A stretch of DNA of 64,000 nucleotides from positions 77,872,001 through 77,936,000 of the forward strand of contig NC_042997.1 in the NCBI RefSeq assembly GCF_006345805.1, in the 5' to 3' direction. A program made the translations under genes and the position numbers. Each line of letters opens with the position of its first letter. The first letter of the stretch is position 1. Shown here one piece after another: positions 46,741 to 59,650 of the stretch. This DNA comes from Octopus sinensis (Eukaryota). The notes beneath the pieces are model-generated. The model was not told the DNA's origin. It worked only from the letters and a program-made list of their open reading frames with translations, and made no database searches.

Positions 46741-46955
46741 ATAAACTAAAGTACCAGTGAAATATTGGCATTGATGTAATCAAGAAGCCCTGTCCCTTAA
46801 AAATTGCTGGCCTTGTATCAGAATTTGAAAGAATTATTATAGTCCAAAGGTTATAAGCAGTTACTTTTTGTTAAAAATCTCTAGATCAGAAGTTAGCAAG
46901 GGAGGTGGGGAAGAAAAAGAGAAAGAAATGAGAAAAAAAAAACAAGTTGAATTAC

Positions 46956-47014
46956 CTTTTTTCATGATTTAAGTATCCTTGTGTGCAGGATAATTTGTCC
47001 ATCAAATTTAATAC
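46956..47014 (-). CDS. LRRC45: LRRC45 coding exon
   Basis: TATACAG acceptor, GTAATT donor, phase 0/2. VLNLMDKLSCTQGYLNHEK(R). Confidence 0.85.
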
Positions 47015-47364
47015 CTGTATAAAAATAATGGCTATATAAGGATGGATTAAGCCAGATTCCACCAATAGTTCATTTCAACAATGAAAAATAAACTCCAAAG
47101 GGAAAAATAGTACTGCACAATTCTACATATAATACATTCACCAAAATAAAAATTAGGGACGTCTATAATACATGATATTAGGGCAATGTTTTTCCACTCA
47201 ATTTTATTAAGGAAAAAACTTAATGTAATAAAGCTTTATCATTTTGAAAATTATTATTTTTATTATATAGATCAATTTATCTTTATATAAAATGAAATAT
47301 TAAACAATATATTGCATTATAGTAGATTGTCTGCTTATGTAATTGTTGTATCTTCCATCTCCAA

Positions 47365-47571
47365 TGTTGTGGTACCGACATGATATTGTGACAGATGGTT
47401 TAGATGTAACAATAGACAAAATAACAATATAGCCATATTAACAATGTAACACTCCAACAATATTTTCAGGGAACTCACTACACACACAAACTTCACTCTT
47501 ACAGCTACTATTTATAATTACTTGTTCCAATGTATTTCTTGCAAGGGGGCATCGTGACTCTCATCACAACA
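47365..47571 (-). mobile_element. 207-bp 3' LTR of a Gypsy element with adjacent polypurine tract
   Basis: Perfect 7-bp terminal IR TGTTGTG/CACAACA, immediately preceded on the minus strand by AAAGGGGGAGA (47572-47582). Confidence 0.75.
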
Positions 47572-47712
47572 TCTCCCCCTTTGAGATTTTGACTTCCATA
47601 AGAAGGGAATTTTATTTTATTTTTCCTTTTTCCAGCACCTCGCCTTCTTTAATTTTTTTTGCAAATTTAATATCTTTTTCATTTTGGCATCATTTCTAAG
47701 TGTTATTTCTAA

Positions 47713-47925
47713 GGCGGTGTGCTGGCAGATTTGTTAGTGCATCAGGCGAAATGCTTGGCATTTTTCCGTCTGCTATGTTCTGAGTTCAAGTTCCGCTGAG
47801 GTCGATTTTGCCTTCCATCCTTTCAGGGTTGATAAATTAAGTACCAGTGAGACACTGGGGTCGATGTGATCAACTAGTCCCCTCCCCACAAATTCGAGAC
47901 CTTGTGCCTCCAGTAGAAAGGATTA
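47713..47925 (+). mobile_element. SINE family A
   Basis: GGCGGTGTGCTGGCAGATTTG...GAGTTCAAGTTCCGCTGAGGTCG. Confidence 0.75.
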
Positions 47926-47954
47926 TTTCTAAGTATACAGTCTGTTTACGTTTT

Positions 47955-50900
47955 TCTTGCGATGCAAATGATCTTATGATTTGCAATACAACTTCAGGAA
48001 ACCTGCCCGTCACCTAGTCACCTACCATTCTGGCAGACACACTAGCCAAACTGACTATATCCTTGCCAGAAAAAGGGAAAGAGGACTGCTTATAAATACC
48101 AAAACCTTCCCAGGTGAAGAATGTACTCCTCAACATAGATTAGTAGTTAGTGACTCCAGGATCAGGGCTGAATGGATGCCCAGAAGAAGACTAGCCTGGA
48201 GGAGAGGGGTCTGGAAACTTAAAGATCCTGCAAATGGGCAGAAATTTAGAAACGTATTACTCGAAGCTTTTGATGAAATAGAAGGGGATATAGCATCACA
48301 TAATGTGGAAGACAACTGGAGGTTTCTACGGGACAACCTGCTGAGAGCCACTGACCAGATCTGTGGCTGGTGCAAAGTCCCCACTCGACCCAAGGTAACG
48401 TGGTGGTGGAACAATGTGGTTGACAGGGCTATTAGACAAAGAAACAGGCTTGGAAGGACTGGAAGAACGGAGGTAGCAGGGAACTGTATCAGACTGCCAG
48501 AAGGGAAGCTAGGAGACAGGTTTATTTAGCCAGAGGGGAAGCAGATAAGAAAAAATTTGCCAATGTTCTGCGCAGTGAGGACCAAAGACTTGAGGTATTT
48601 CGTGTTGCAAGACAGTGTGTGAGAGAGAATCGTGATGTGGTAGGAGAGAAATGTGTTCGCATGGATGATGGTTCACTTGCACTAAATGAGGATGCAAAGA
48701 GAGAGGTTTGGAGACGCCACTATGAAAGGTTGCTGAATAAAGAAAATGAATGGGATAAAGAGAGTCTGCCGAATGTCAACCCAACAGAGGGACCAGCTAT
48801 CCGAGTTGACAGTTCTTTGGTAGTTAAGGCAATTGGAAGCATGAAGACAGGGAAAGCCCCAGGCCCATCAGGAATTACTGCAGAGATGCTCAAAATATCT
48901 GGCAGTGTCGGCTATAGCCTAGTCACCCATATAGTTAACCAGGTGATACACGAAGGAGTCATACCCAATGACTGGCGTAGCAGCATAATAGTCAACTGCT
49001 ACAAAGGTAAAGGTAATGTCCTAGATACAAATAATTACAGAGGTATCAAGCTGTTGGATCAGGTAATGAAGGTTAGGGAGAGAGTCAACTTGGACGAGAT
49101 GCAGTGTGGTTTCGTGCCATATTTCTGGTGAGACAATTGCAGGAGAAATACCTAGGCAAAGATAAGCCCCTGTACTTGGCTTTCGTTGACATGGAGAAAG
49201 CCTTTGACAGGGTCCCCCGATCCCTTATCTGGTGGTCAATGAGGAAACTAGGGATAGATGAATGGTTAGTGAGAGCTGTGCAAGCCATGTACAGGGACGC
49301 TGTAAGTAAGGTAAGGGTTGGCAACATGTACACTGACGAATTCAAGGTAGAGGTTGGGGTCCACCAGGGTTCAGTCCTCAGCCCTCTCCTATTTATCATA
49401 GTCCTCCAGGAAATTACAGAGGAATTCAAGACAGGATGCCCCTGGGAGCTCCTCTATGCTGACGACCTTGCTCTAATTGCTGAGTCACTATCAGAACTGG
49501 AGGAGAAGTTTCAGGTGTGGAAGGAAGGATTAGAATCGAAGGGCCTTAGAGTCAACCTAGCTAAAACAAAAGTCCTAATAAGTAGGAAGGTAGACAAACC
49601 ACAAACGCCTTCAGGTAGATGGCCCTGCTCGATCTGTAGAAAAGGTGTAGGTAGAAACTCTATAAGATGTACCCAGTGTAAGCTATGGACACATAAGAGG
49701 TGCAGCAATGTCAAAGGAAGGCTAACTGGGAAGATAGTTTTTGTATGTGGCAGATGCTTAGGAGCAATAAACATTGAAAATCTGCAGTAAACAACTTCCG
49801 TCACTTTCCAGGGAAAAAAACTAGAAGTAGTTGATAGCTTCTGTTACCTAGGTGACCAAGTCAGTAGCGGGGGTGGGTGTGCTGAAAATGTAACTGCTAG
49901 AGTAAGAATAGTCTGGGCAAAGTTCAGGGAGCTCTTACCTCTGCTGGTGACTAAAGGCCTCTCGCTCAGAGTAAAAGGCAGACTGTATGATGCATGTGTA
50001 TGAACAGCCATGCTACATGGCAATGAAACATGGGCCGTGACTGCTGAGGACATGCGTAAGCTCACGAGGAATGAAGCCAGTATGCTCCGATGGATGTGTA
50101 ATGTCAGTGTACATACTCGACAGATTGTAAGTACCTTGAGAGAATAGTTGGGCCTAAGAAGCATCAGCTGTGGTGTGCAAGAGAGACGATTGCACTGGTA
50201 TGGTCATGTGGCAAGAATGGATGAAGATAGGTGTGTGAAAAAGTACCAATCCCTAGCAGTTGAGGGAACCCATGGAAGAGGTAGACCCAGGAAAACCTGG
50301 GACGAAGTGGGGAAGCATGACCTTCGAACTTTAGGCCTCACCGAGGCAATGACTAGTGACCGAGACCTTTGGAAATATGCTGTGCGTGAGAAGACCTAGC
50401 AGGACAAGTGAGTCCATCCCGTGTCCCTTGCTAGGGATGTAGCCAGCCCACTTATTCATGCCTTTCCTTCCTTGGACACACGAAGACCTGTTGCGGCAAG
50501 CGAAGTCGAAATCGAACCTCATCTGACGACAGGCACCCATGCCAACCTCCCTTCATTAGACACTAAACTCTGCTTGTGAAGACCTGTTGAGGCAAGTGAA
50601 ATCGGAATCGAAATTGAACCAATCCTATGACTGGCACCCGGCAGTTGCCAGGGCCGCTGGACTGACTCCTGTGCAGGTAGCAAGTAAAGAAACACAGTTT
50701 CGACTCTGTACTTGAGGAGAGATCCATTGAGTCAAATACATCAACATCAAAAATCAATGGAAACTGCAGTTGTGATCCCTGTGCCGGTGGCACGTAAAAA
50801 GCACCATCCGAACGTGGCCGATGCCAGCACCGCCTAGACTGGCTTCCGTGCCGGTGGCACGTAAAAAGCACCATCTGAACGTGGTCGATACCAGCACCAC

Positions 50901-51239
50901 CTAGACTGGCTTCCATGCCTGTGGCATGTAAAAAGCACCATCCAAACGTGATTGATGCCAGCGCCACCTTGACTGGCTTCCGTGCCAGTGGCATGTAAAA
51001 AGCACCAATCTGATCGTGGCCGTTGCCAGCCTTGCCTGGCGCCTGTGCTGGTGGCACGTAAAAAGCACCCACTACACTCACGGAGTGGTTGGCATTAGGA
51101 AGGGCATCCAGCTTTAGAAACACTGCCAGATCAGACTGGAGCCTGGTGCAGCCTTCTGGCTTCTCAGATTCCCGTTCAAACCGTCCAACCCATGCTAGCA
51201 TGCAGAACGGATATTAAACAATGATGATGATGATGATGA
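47955..51239 (+). mobile_element. RTE-clade LINE, 5'-truncated (~3.3 kb), degenerate
   Basis: Endonuclease end (TDYIL..PQHRLVV), linker (WWWN, GKAPGPSG, NYRGIKLL), RT (DMEKAFDRVP, HQGSVLSP, YADD), PHD finger, GRPRKTW, a tandem-repeat 3' UTR and a (GAT)n tail. Confidence 0.93.
50781..51070 (+). repeat. ~67-bp minisatellite (about 4 units) in the RTE 3' UTR
   Basis: Unit GTGCCGGTGGCACGTAAAAAGCACCATCCGAACGTGGCCGATGCCAGCACCGCCTAGACTGGCTTCC. Confidence 0.9.
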
Positions 51240-51499
51240 CTGCTGCTTCTTCAAGGCTCAATCTCTTTTGGTGCTGGCACCTCAAACATGTCATAGCAGA
51301 CTTCCATTGGTATTTTCTTTCGTTTTTCAGTATGTCTTGTCTTTAATTGGTTTAGGTGTCTCTTATGTTCCCATGTTGTCCTTTAATTACATACGTCATG
51401 TTTCCTAATCTTTTAGTTACAAAACCATCCTACCAGCCTTCTTTACCATTTTTGTAAACTTTAAAATGGACTTTATCTCCTACTTCAAAATGTTTTATT

Positions 51500-53330
51500 G
51501 CCTTTTCTATATTTCCTTTAAATATATTTTTTTCCCGGCAATAATTTATTGAAGATCAATTTTATTTTTTGCTCAAACATTACCTCTACTGGAGACTTTC
51601 CTAAACTGATATTTGGATTGGGCATTAATCTATATACCCCGAAGAATTTTGTTAAAGCCTCGTCATTTCCTACGTCATACCTTGCTTTTTTTAACACTCG
51701 CTTGACAGTATCAATGAATTTTTCTACTTCCTGTTTGACCTTGGGTAGAAGAGCCAGGTAAAAATATGCTTTATAGCATGTATTTTGTAGAAAGTTTTGA
51801 ATTCACAACCTGTAAATTGTTTTCCATTATTTGATACTAACATGTCTGAAACATCATATCAGGCAAATAATTCATACAGGAACTTTATTGTTGTCTTTGT
51901 GTTTGGTTTATTGCACCTGCATATCTCTGTCCATTTTGTACCACTATCAACAACAATTAGATAGTATGCACCATTCACCAGTCCAGCGTAGTCAACATGT
52001 ACCCTGGAACATGAACTATCCATCTCAAGCCATGATTGGTATTTCACTGGTGGTGCCTTAGCTGCTAGTGCACACCCCCTAGAAGATTTTACTATATTTT
52101 CAATGTCCCAGTCCAATGATGGCCAATATACATAGCCCCTCATTCCCAGGAGTCCACTGTGGAATTTCTGCAGTACTTGTTTCTGTAGAGCAGTTGGTAC
52201 TACCACTCCTTGTGTGTACATTAAAACATCATCACATAGTGAAAAATTATTTCAATTTGTATTTTTATTTTGCTTATTTTTCAACATTTCTTTCATACTT
52301 GAAATGTAATTATCTTCTGTGGATTTCATTTTTATATCATGTGCTTTCACTGGCAGTTCGTGAATTACGCATAATACTTTTTATTTTATTTCCTGACCGC
52401 AATGAGGCCATCAGCTCTGCATTTTGAGAAATTAGTCTCAGTAAACAGTTCGCATGACCAATTTTTTTTGACAGAATATATTGCAAAATAAAATTTAAGT
52501 TTAGCAATATTGTACTCTGGCATTGTAGTGGGTTCGCTGTATGGGTAGACAATTCCTTTTCTGACCCAAAAATTGATGGTGATGGTTGGTTTGTAGCCAA
52601 AAACTTCTAGCATGTAGAAAATTGTTAAATTTTTTTACCACAAAAATAATCAATAGAGCCTCCTTCTCTATCTGACTATACTTTTTCCCTGATGCTAACA
52701 GCAAATGTGAAGCATGAACTACTGGCTTCATATTTCCATCTTTATATTTGTGTAGCAAGACTGCTTCTATTCCATAATCCGAAGCATCTGAAGCTACAAC
52801 CATGTCTGTTTCAGGATTGAAATGGGCTAGTGACAAATTAGAAATTAGTATTTTTTTTCTATCTCTTTGAATGCATTTTGACACTTTACCAATTAATTCC
52901 ATTTTACTTCTTTTTTTCAGTAAATCATTTAATGGTACTCTCAATTTATGCATGTTAGGAATGTAATTTTGATAGTAAATTACTAGCCCAAAGAAAGCTT
53001 GTAATGTCACAATGTTATGTGGGGGAGGCATATCTTTAATGTTATTTGCCCTCGACAGGCCAGGACGTCTTCCATTTTTATCAATAATTTGTCCTAAGTA
53101 TTTGATGTTTGGCAAAAAGAACTCACATTTCTCCTTGCTCAGAGTGAACCAGTAGTCCCTTATTTTTTCAAACACAGTTTTTATATGCTCAACATGCTGA
53201 TCATGCGAATTACTTTTAATGAATATGTCATCCAGGTATGGAGTTGCAAACTAACAGTCCACCAACATCACATCCATAACCTGTTGAAATATTCCAGATG
53301 AGACCTTCTCATCAGTTTGAGATTGGTGTC
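51500..53330 (-). mobile_element. Ty3/Gypsy pol remnant (RT thumb, RNase H, integrase)
   Basis: IKYLGQII, VASDASDYGI, YSQIEKEAL and integrase-region VVVP..LQKQVL..FH..YVYWP..RVHVDYAG..LIVVDS.TKW.E. Confidence 0.9.
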
Positions 53331-53781
53331 CTTGTGAACAAAGTATTTATTTTGAGAGGTCAATCCATGGATATCATTCACAACATTAACATGACTGGCC
53401 TTGATCATGTTAACACAGTTGATGCTACAATACAATTTTGCACACTGTATATTTGGTTGAAGTTTGCATTTTACAACTTGATGTTGATTCTATCAACAAC
53501 TAAAAGAACAGACTGGATATATTTGGAAAAAGAAGAATTCTTTCTTTATCAATTTACCAGTCACTTTCATTATAGTTAAAGAACCTTGTCTGACAGAGAA
53601 ATATACCTGTAGTAGTAGGATGAGACCTGAGAATGTTGGAATCCATAGATAGGATCCATTGCACAGAATATAGCGAAATGGTAATGCATCATATTACAGT
53701 CCTGCCTAACCTATATTAGCATGGAAAAATGAATACATCACTATTGTTGCTAAATATATAAGAGAGGTAAATAAAAATTAC

Positions 53782-53894
53782 CTGCTTTTTATTTTCTGAT
53801 TCTAGATGTCGATACTGCTTACACAAAATATGTGTTTTATGTTTACAGTTGGTTTTCATAAGCTGAAGCTTCTGATTGCACTGAAGAGAAGACT
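53782..53894 (-). CDS. LRRC45: LRRC45 coding exon
   Basis: TTGTAG acceptor, GTAATT donor, phase 1/0. SSLQCNQKLQLMKTNCKHKTHILCKQYRHLESENKKQ resembles THVLSKEVQHLREEKSKQ. Confidence 0.88.
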
Positions 53895-53989
53895 CTACAA
53901 TATAAATTAAAAATGGATTGAATATTTCTATTATAAAACTATTGGAATTGTCTTATCATTGTCCTATCATTATTAAAAACATCAAGTTG

Positions 53990-55207
53990 TCTCATCATTA
54001 TTAGAAACTCCATAAGATGTACCTGGTGTAAGTTAGGGACACATAAGAGGTGCAGCAATATCAGAGGAAGGTTATCAGGGAAAATAGCTTTTGTATGTGG
54101 AAGGTGTACAGGTATAGTTAACACTAAAATGTACAGAAAATAGATTCCATCAAATGCCAGGGGGAAAACTAAAAGTAGTCAATAGTCTCCGTTACCTAGG
54201 TGACCAGGTCAGTAATGGGGATGGATGCTCCGAGAATAGCTGCTAGAATACGAATAGGCTGGGCAAAATTCAGAGAGCTCCTACCTCTGCTGGTAACAAA
54301 GGGCCTCTAGCTCAGAGTGAAAAGAAGACTGTATGATGCCTGTGTGCGAACAGCTATGCTACACATCAGTGAAACATGGGCTGTGACTGCTGAGGACATG
54401 CGTAGGCTTGTAAGAAACGAAGCTAGTATGCTTCACTGGATGTGTAATGTCAGTGTGCATGTAGGACAGAGCGTAAGTGTCCTGAGAGAAAAGTTGGGCA
54501 AAAGAGGCATTAGATATGGTGTGCAAGAGAGATGACTGTGCTGGTATGGTCATGTGATGCGTATGGACAAGGACAGTTGAGTGAAGAAGTGTCGCACTCT
54601 AGTGGTGGAGGAAACCTGTGGAAGAGGTAGACCCAGGAAGACATGGGACAAGGTGGTGAAGCACAATCTCTGAATGTTGGGTGTCATGGAGGCAATGACA
54701 ATTGACTGAGACCTTTGGCTATATGCTGTGTGCAAGAAGAGCCATCAAGCCAAGTGAGATCATAATTGTGGCCGATGCTGGTTGTCATGTAACTGGCCCA
54801 TTAAAAGCACTCTTCAATTGTTAGGCAATATGTTGTGCTTGTGAAGACCTGTCGAGCCAAGTGAAATCATAGTCGAGGCCAATGCCAGTGCTGTCTGACT
54901 GACACCTGTGCAGCAGTGATAGGTGACTGAGACCTTTGGAGATATACCATGCTGTGAAGACCTATCAAACCAAATAAGACCATAGTCATGGTTGATGTCA
55001 GTGTCAGGTCAATGGCACCTATGCCAGTGGCACATAAAAAACACACACTACACTCTTGGAGTGGTTGGCATTAGGAAGGGCATCCAGCTGTAGAAATCTT
55101 GCCAAATCAGATCAGAATCTGGTGCAACTCCCTGGCTTACCAGTTTTCAGTCAAACCGTCCAACCCATGCCAGCATGGAAAGTGAACATTAAATGACGAT
55201 GATGATT
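53990..55207 (+). mobile_element. RTE LINE 3' fragment
   Basis: Partial PHD, RYLGDQV, LYDACVRTAML, GRPRKTW and a 3' tail ending in GATGATGAT. Confidence 0.88.
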
Positions 55208-55218
55208 GTAAAGACACT

Positions 55219-56268
55219 TGTAGGAATACGACCGTATGTGAGGAGGTTGGTGACATAGGTCTCCTTTTGTAAGCCACACAGTCGCATCCCTAACAAAATA
55301 GGATAAGCCATAATACAATTTATACAATACAGTGCCAACAGAATATAAATGAATGAGGATAAGCCGTTCCACTGTTTGAGAGAAGATAAGATTTTATTTA
55401 CAAGGTGTTGAGGTTAGAGGGTTGTGAGTGCTAGCAAGTGTTGTGTATGTGTGCATGCAACAAGTGTTTGTATCTGTGTGTTCGTGTGTGTGACAGATAC
55501 AAATAAGGTGAATGCGTATGACACAGAAATACAGAGCATAGAGTTAATGATGGAATTTGGATTACCAGTTCATAAGGTACACGATATGCAAGAGTTCTAT
55601 AACAAGATGTTGTGGACATGAGGCAGAGGCCGGTTGGGCACATGTCGTGCAGCGGTTGGAGCTTCAATGCCGTGCCGAGTCTCTTAATACAGAATTTCTT
55701 CATTGGAAGGACTGTTACACGTGGTGAAAGGATTCACTCTAACAGCGCTAGTAAAACTGGTCGTGTTGGTGAGTACATGTCTGAAGTTGATGGTAGTAAT
55801 GGCGACGATGGTGGAGACGACTTGAAGTTGGTACAATGATGGTGACGACAGCGGCAGAGATAGAAGACGTTTTGTTGCAGGTGTACATTAGCATCGTCGT
55901 AGCTGAAGCAGGAGCATGGCTGGTCTTCTGTCGCTGGAACTGGAAGATGTTGAGTAGCTCTGTGGTCAGTGACTAAACCTCAAAAGGTCTGAAGTCGAAA
56001 GACCAAGTATACTGAGAGCAATCCCTTATATACAGGAGAGATGGCTCAACAGAGCCTAGGAAAAAGGGTGTCACGAGACCTTAACCAAAGGCCGTGATTG
56101 GTTGGCTTTGGACAGTGGCGCGAAATAAGTAGAGACAAACTGCACCACATGTCAACCAATCAGATCAGTGGACACAACAGGAACAAACCAGCCAAAGATG
56201 GCTGTAATCTCAAACGAGATCATTCCTGCTGTGTCTCTCAAACAGTGAGGATATCAGATACTGCTACA
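55219..56268 (-). mobile_element. solo LTR (1050 bp), probably Gypsy
   Basis: TGTAG...CTACA terminal IR; 4-bp TSD CACT (55215-55218, 56269-56272). Minus-strand TATATAA at about 56030 and AATAAA at 55393-55398. Confidence 0.8.
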
Positions 56269-57173
56269 CACTTCTTTAACATTTGTACAATTTGAATATG
56301 AAGTATTTATCTAAGTTTAGTCATTAATCTTATATCTGTTTCACTTTTTTTTATCAAGTGCTAGGCACAGCTGAAATAAAACTAAATCATAACAACTAAC
56401 TGGAAGTTTCCTTATTTTCTCAGTAGCAATCTTTGATATTTTTTCTTGCTGGGACAGAAATGTTCTTGCAAATAATAGTTGCTCTCTTATTTGTAATAGA
56501 TTTGTTATAGTTTATTGCCAAACTATTTCAAGTTCAAGCCCCATAAATGAAGATTATTTTCCATCTTATCATTCTGAAGACAAATAAAATAAGTTGCAGT
56601 AAGATACAGGGGTTGGGTGCTGGTGAAGACCTTCCAGCCTTCTGCTGGCATATCTTTGTTGTTTTACTTGGTGAAGTGTGGACAGGCACAAAACTTACAA
56701 CTACATGGGCATCTAAAACCATGGTATATACTGATTGTAAGTCATTCCTGATAGCATGTGAAGGCTGTATTACTGTTGCACATATTCCTGTGCACCTCAG
56801 TTCACTTAACTGTTGGAAACAGATACCTGCATCCCAAGCTTAGGAAGATATATTTACCATCAGCTTATTACTATAAAATCAAGCTCCAGGTAGTGGCTCT
56901 AAAAAGCTCTTTGAAACTTTTTTCTAAGAAATTTTTCTAAGTGTATCAACATATGTGTTTAATCAAATTTACATAAATAAATACATATTTATGGATATAT
57001 ATTTATCCATAAACATATATGGATAAATATACATAATATTCATTTTCCGAAAATAAGACGCTCCAATACATCTTTTGTATCTCATTCATATATTTAATAT
57101 AATAATTATATCTCTGAAATAATTTCCAATTATTATTTTTTAAATAGTGAAATCAAAGAATATTTATACATAC

Positions 57174-57302
57174 CAATGGAGCAAACAATGTCACAAGGAA
57201 TGTCGTTACCAGCTAAGTCTATTTTTAACAAGGTTTTATTAACACGAAGAAGATCAAGCAGGGCACGCCCACCTGTTAAACCAACTTTATTCCATTTTAA
57301 AT
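57174..57302 (-). CDS. LRRC45: LRRC45 coding exon (last LRRs)
   Basis: TTTTTCAG acceptor, GTATGT donor, phase 1/1. (D)LKWNKVGLTGGRALLDLLRVNKTLLKIDLAGNDIPCDIVCSI(E) matches LRRC45 DLRWNNVGLLGGRAL...LDLAGNNIP. Confidence 0.93.
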
Positions 57303-57393
57303 CTGAAAAAGTGTTAGTAGATGATTATATATTCATATAATACATTTCAAAAGATAACTATTTGGTTCTTTTCAACAATTTATTATTATTATC

Positions 57394-57435
<42 letters not shown>

Positions 57436-57438
<3 letters not shown>

Positions 57439-58389
57439 GAATGAAGCCAGTATGATCCGATGGATGTGTAATGTCAGTGTGCATACTTGACAGAGTGTAA
57501 GTACCTTGAGAGAAAAGTTGGACCTAAGAAGCATTAGATGTGGTGTGCAAGAGAGACGACTGCACTGGCATGGTCATGTGGTGACAATGGATGACGATAG
57601 CTGTGTGAAAAAGTGCCACACCCTAGTGGTTGAGGGAACCTGTGGAAGATGTAGACCCAGGAAGACCTGGGATGAAGTGGTGAAGCACAACCTTCGAACA
57701 TTAGGCCTCACCAAGGAAATGACTAGTGACCGAGACCTTTGGAAATATGCTGTGCTCGAGAAGACCCGGCAAGCCAAATGAGACCATAACCTGTGGCCTA
57801 TGCCAGGAGCGTAACCAGCCCGCTTATGCGTACCTTTTTCTTCTTTGGTCACTAAACTCTGCTTGCGAAGACCTGTTGAGGCAAGTGAAATCAAAATCAA
57901 AATCAATTCGATGACTTGCATCCGTGCTAGCGGGGTGCAAAGAGCACCATACAAGTGTGATCATTGACAGAGCGGCTAGTCGAGTATCATCATTACCAGC
58001 GTCGCCTTACTGGCACTTATGCCTGTGCCAGTAGGGTGCCAAGAGCACCATCCGAGCATGATCGTGCCAGAGCAGCCAACTGGCTTCCGTACCCGTGGCA
58101 CATAAAAGGGCACCATTCGAGCGTGATTGTTACCAACGTCACTTCACTGGCACGTGTAAAAAGATTCGAGCAAGGTCATTGCCAGTACCGCCTGACTGGC
58201 CCCCATGCTGGTGGCACGTAAAAAGCACCCACTACACTCTCGGAGTGGTTGGCGTTAGGAAGGGCATCCAGCTGTAGAAACTCTGCCAGATCAAGTTTGG
58301 AGACTGCTGCAGCCATCTGGTTCGCCAGCCCTCAGTCAAAATCGTCCAACCCATGCTAGCATGGAAAGCGGACGTTAAACGATGATGAT

Positions 58390-58390
<1 letters not shown>
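57436..58390 (+). mobile_element. RTE LINE 3' fragment between (TTA)n and (AAT)n tracts
   Basis: NEASMIRWMC..LREKL..GRCRPRKTWDEVVKH, a repeat-bearing 3' UTR and a GATGATGAT tail. Confidence 0.88.
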
Positions 58391-58423
<33 letters not shown>

Positions 58424-58517
58424 TATATGTATACTTAGTGGAGGTTCTCTATGTGTTTGTATCAATTTTCCAGATGGTTTTGCAAATTTTGGTATTTCCA
58501 CAAGAATTTTTAGTGTA

Positions 58518-58607
58518 TTTTAACAAGACTACATTTTAACAAGATTACATTTTAACAAGACTACATTTTAACAAGACTACATTTTAACAAGACTACATTT
58601 TAACAAG
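58518..58607. repeat. 16-bp minisatellite (TTTTAACAAGACTACA) x ~5.6
   Basis: Seen directly. Confidence 0.95.
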
Positions 58608-59465
58608 TCAACTACTAATTTAGATCAGTAAATATTTTCATAAAATAGCTGGAGGTAAGTAGAATAAAGGAACAGCAGAATAGCTGTAAAAGAATCTACT
58701 AATGTATAATTCTCTTGTGTTTTTGTCCGTCACAAGAGATGACTGATGAAGGAAGGGGTGATGACAAACTGAACGGTGTCTGTGTGTGTATATGTATAGT
58801 GGATTGGCTACACACATTGGTTGTCATGATTATGTGGATGTTTGTGTGTTGTATGTGTGTATATGTGTGTGTCTGTGTGTGTGTGTAAAATATATTTATA
58901 TATGATATTTGAGTGAGTGTATATGAGTTCATGTATGTTTATTTAGAAAGATACATAGAAAATAGAAGTACAGACACACACGCATTTACACATACATATA
59001 TATAAACAGACACACTTAAAAAGGAAGGAAGGGGGCTGTGACAAAGTATAGAATATTGCATTCGCTACAGACTGTGCTACTCATACATATGCACACAAAA
59101 ACACAGAATTGAAGTGCTGCTTGATTTTTTTTTCCCACTGTTTTGTACCCTTTTTATATATAGAATATTACAATTAACTGTCATTTTTGACAGCATGGAG
59201 TCAGCTATTTATAAATAATGACCTTGCATTAAGAAGTTGATTCATATTCTCAGCAATATTATGCCTCTCTTACTAATTAGATTTTAGTTATAAAAATCTT
59301 TAAAAATGAGCATCAGCATACATAAAAGCTAAGGTAGAATTAAATATGTGACAAGAAAAAACATAAGTGGACAACTATTATTTTGTCATAACTGTGGAAA
59401 ATGATTCCCAGCATGTTTCTTTCAATGAAAACATTATTTGATGAGTAATATTTAGTAATTGACTA

Positions 59466-59650
59466 AGGTGGCAAGCTGCCAGGATTGTAAGCATGTGGGC
59501 AAAATGCTTAGTTTATGTCCTGAATTCAAGGTCGACTTTGGCTTTCATCCTTTCAGAGTTGATAAAATAAGTAGCAGTTGAGCAGAGGGGTCAGTGTAAC
59601 TGATTTAACCCCTCTTACAAAATTTCTGGCCTAGTGCCAAAATTTTAAAC
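59466..59650 (+). mobile_element. SINE family A (internally deleted)
   Basis: GGTGGCAAGCTGCCAGGATTG...AGGTCGACTTTGGCTTTCATCC...GTGCCAAAATTTT. Confidence 0.65.

Noticed and set aside
50781-51070. CRISPR-like repeat-spacer appearance of GGTGGCACGTAAAAAGCACC
   Set aside because: Eukaryotic context, no cas genes, and the 'spacers' are homologous to each other. It is a LINE 3' UTR minisatellite.
56534-56580. Minus-strand MIRWKIIFIYG after a TCTTCAG acceptor, resembling the LRR motif LRW
   Set aside because: It stops after a few codons; the true exon is 57174-57302.
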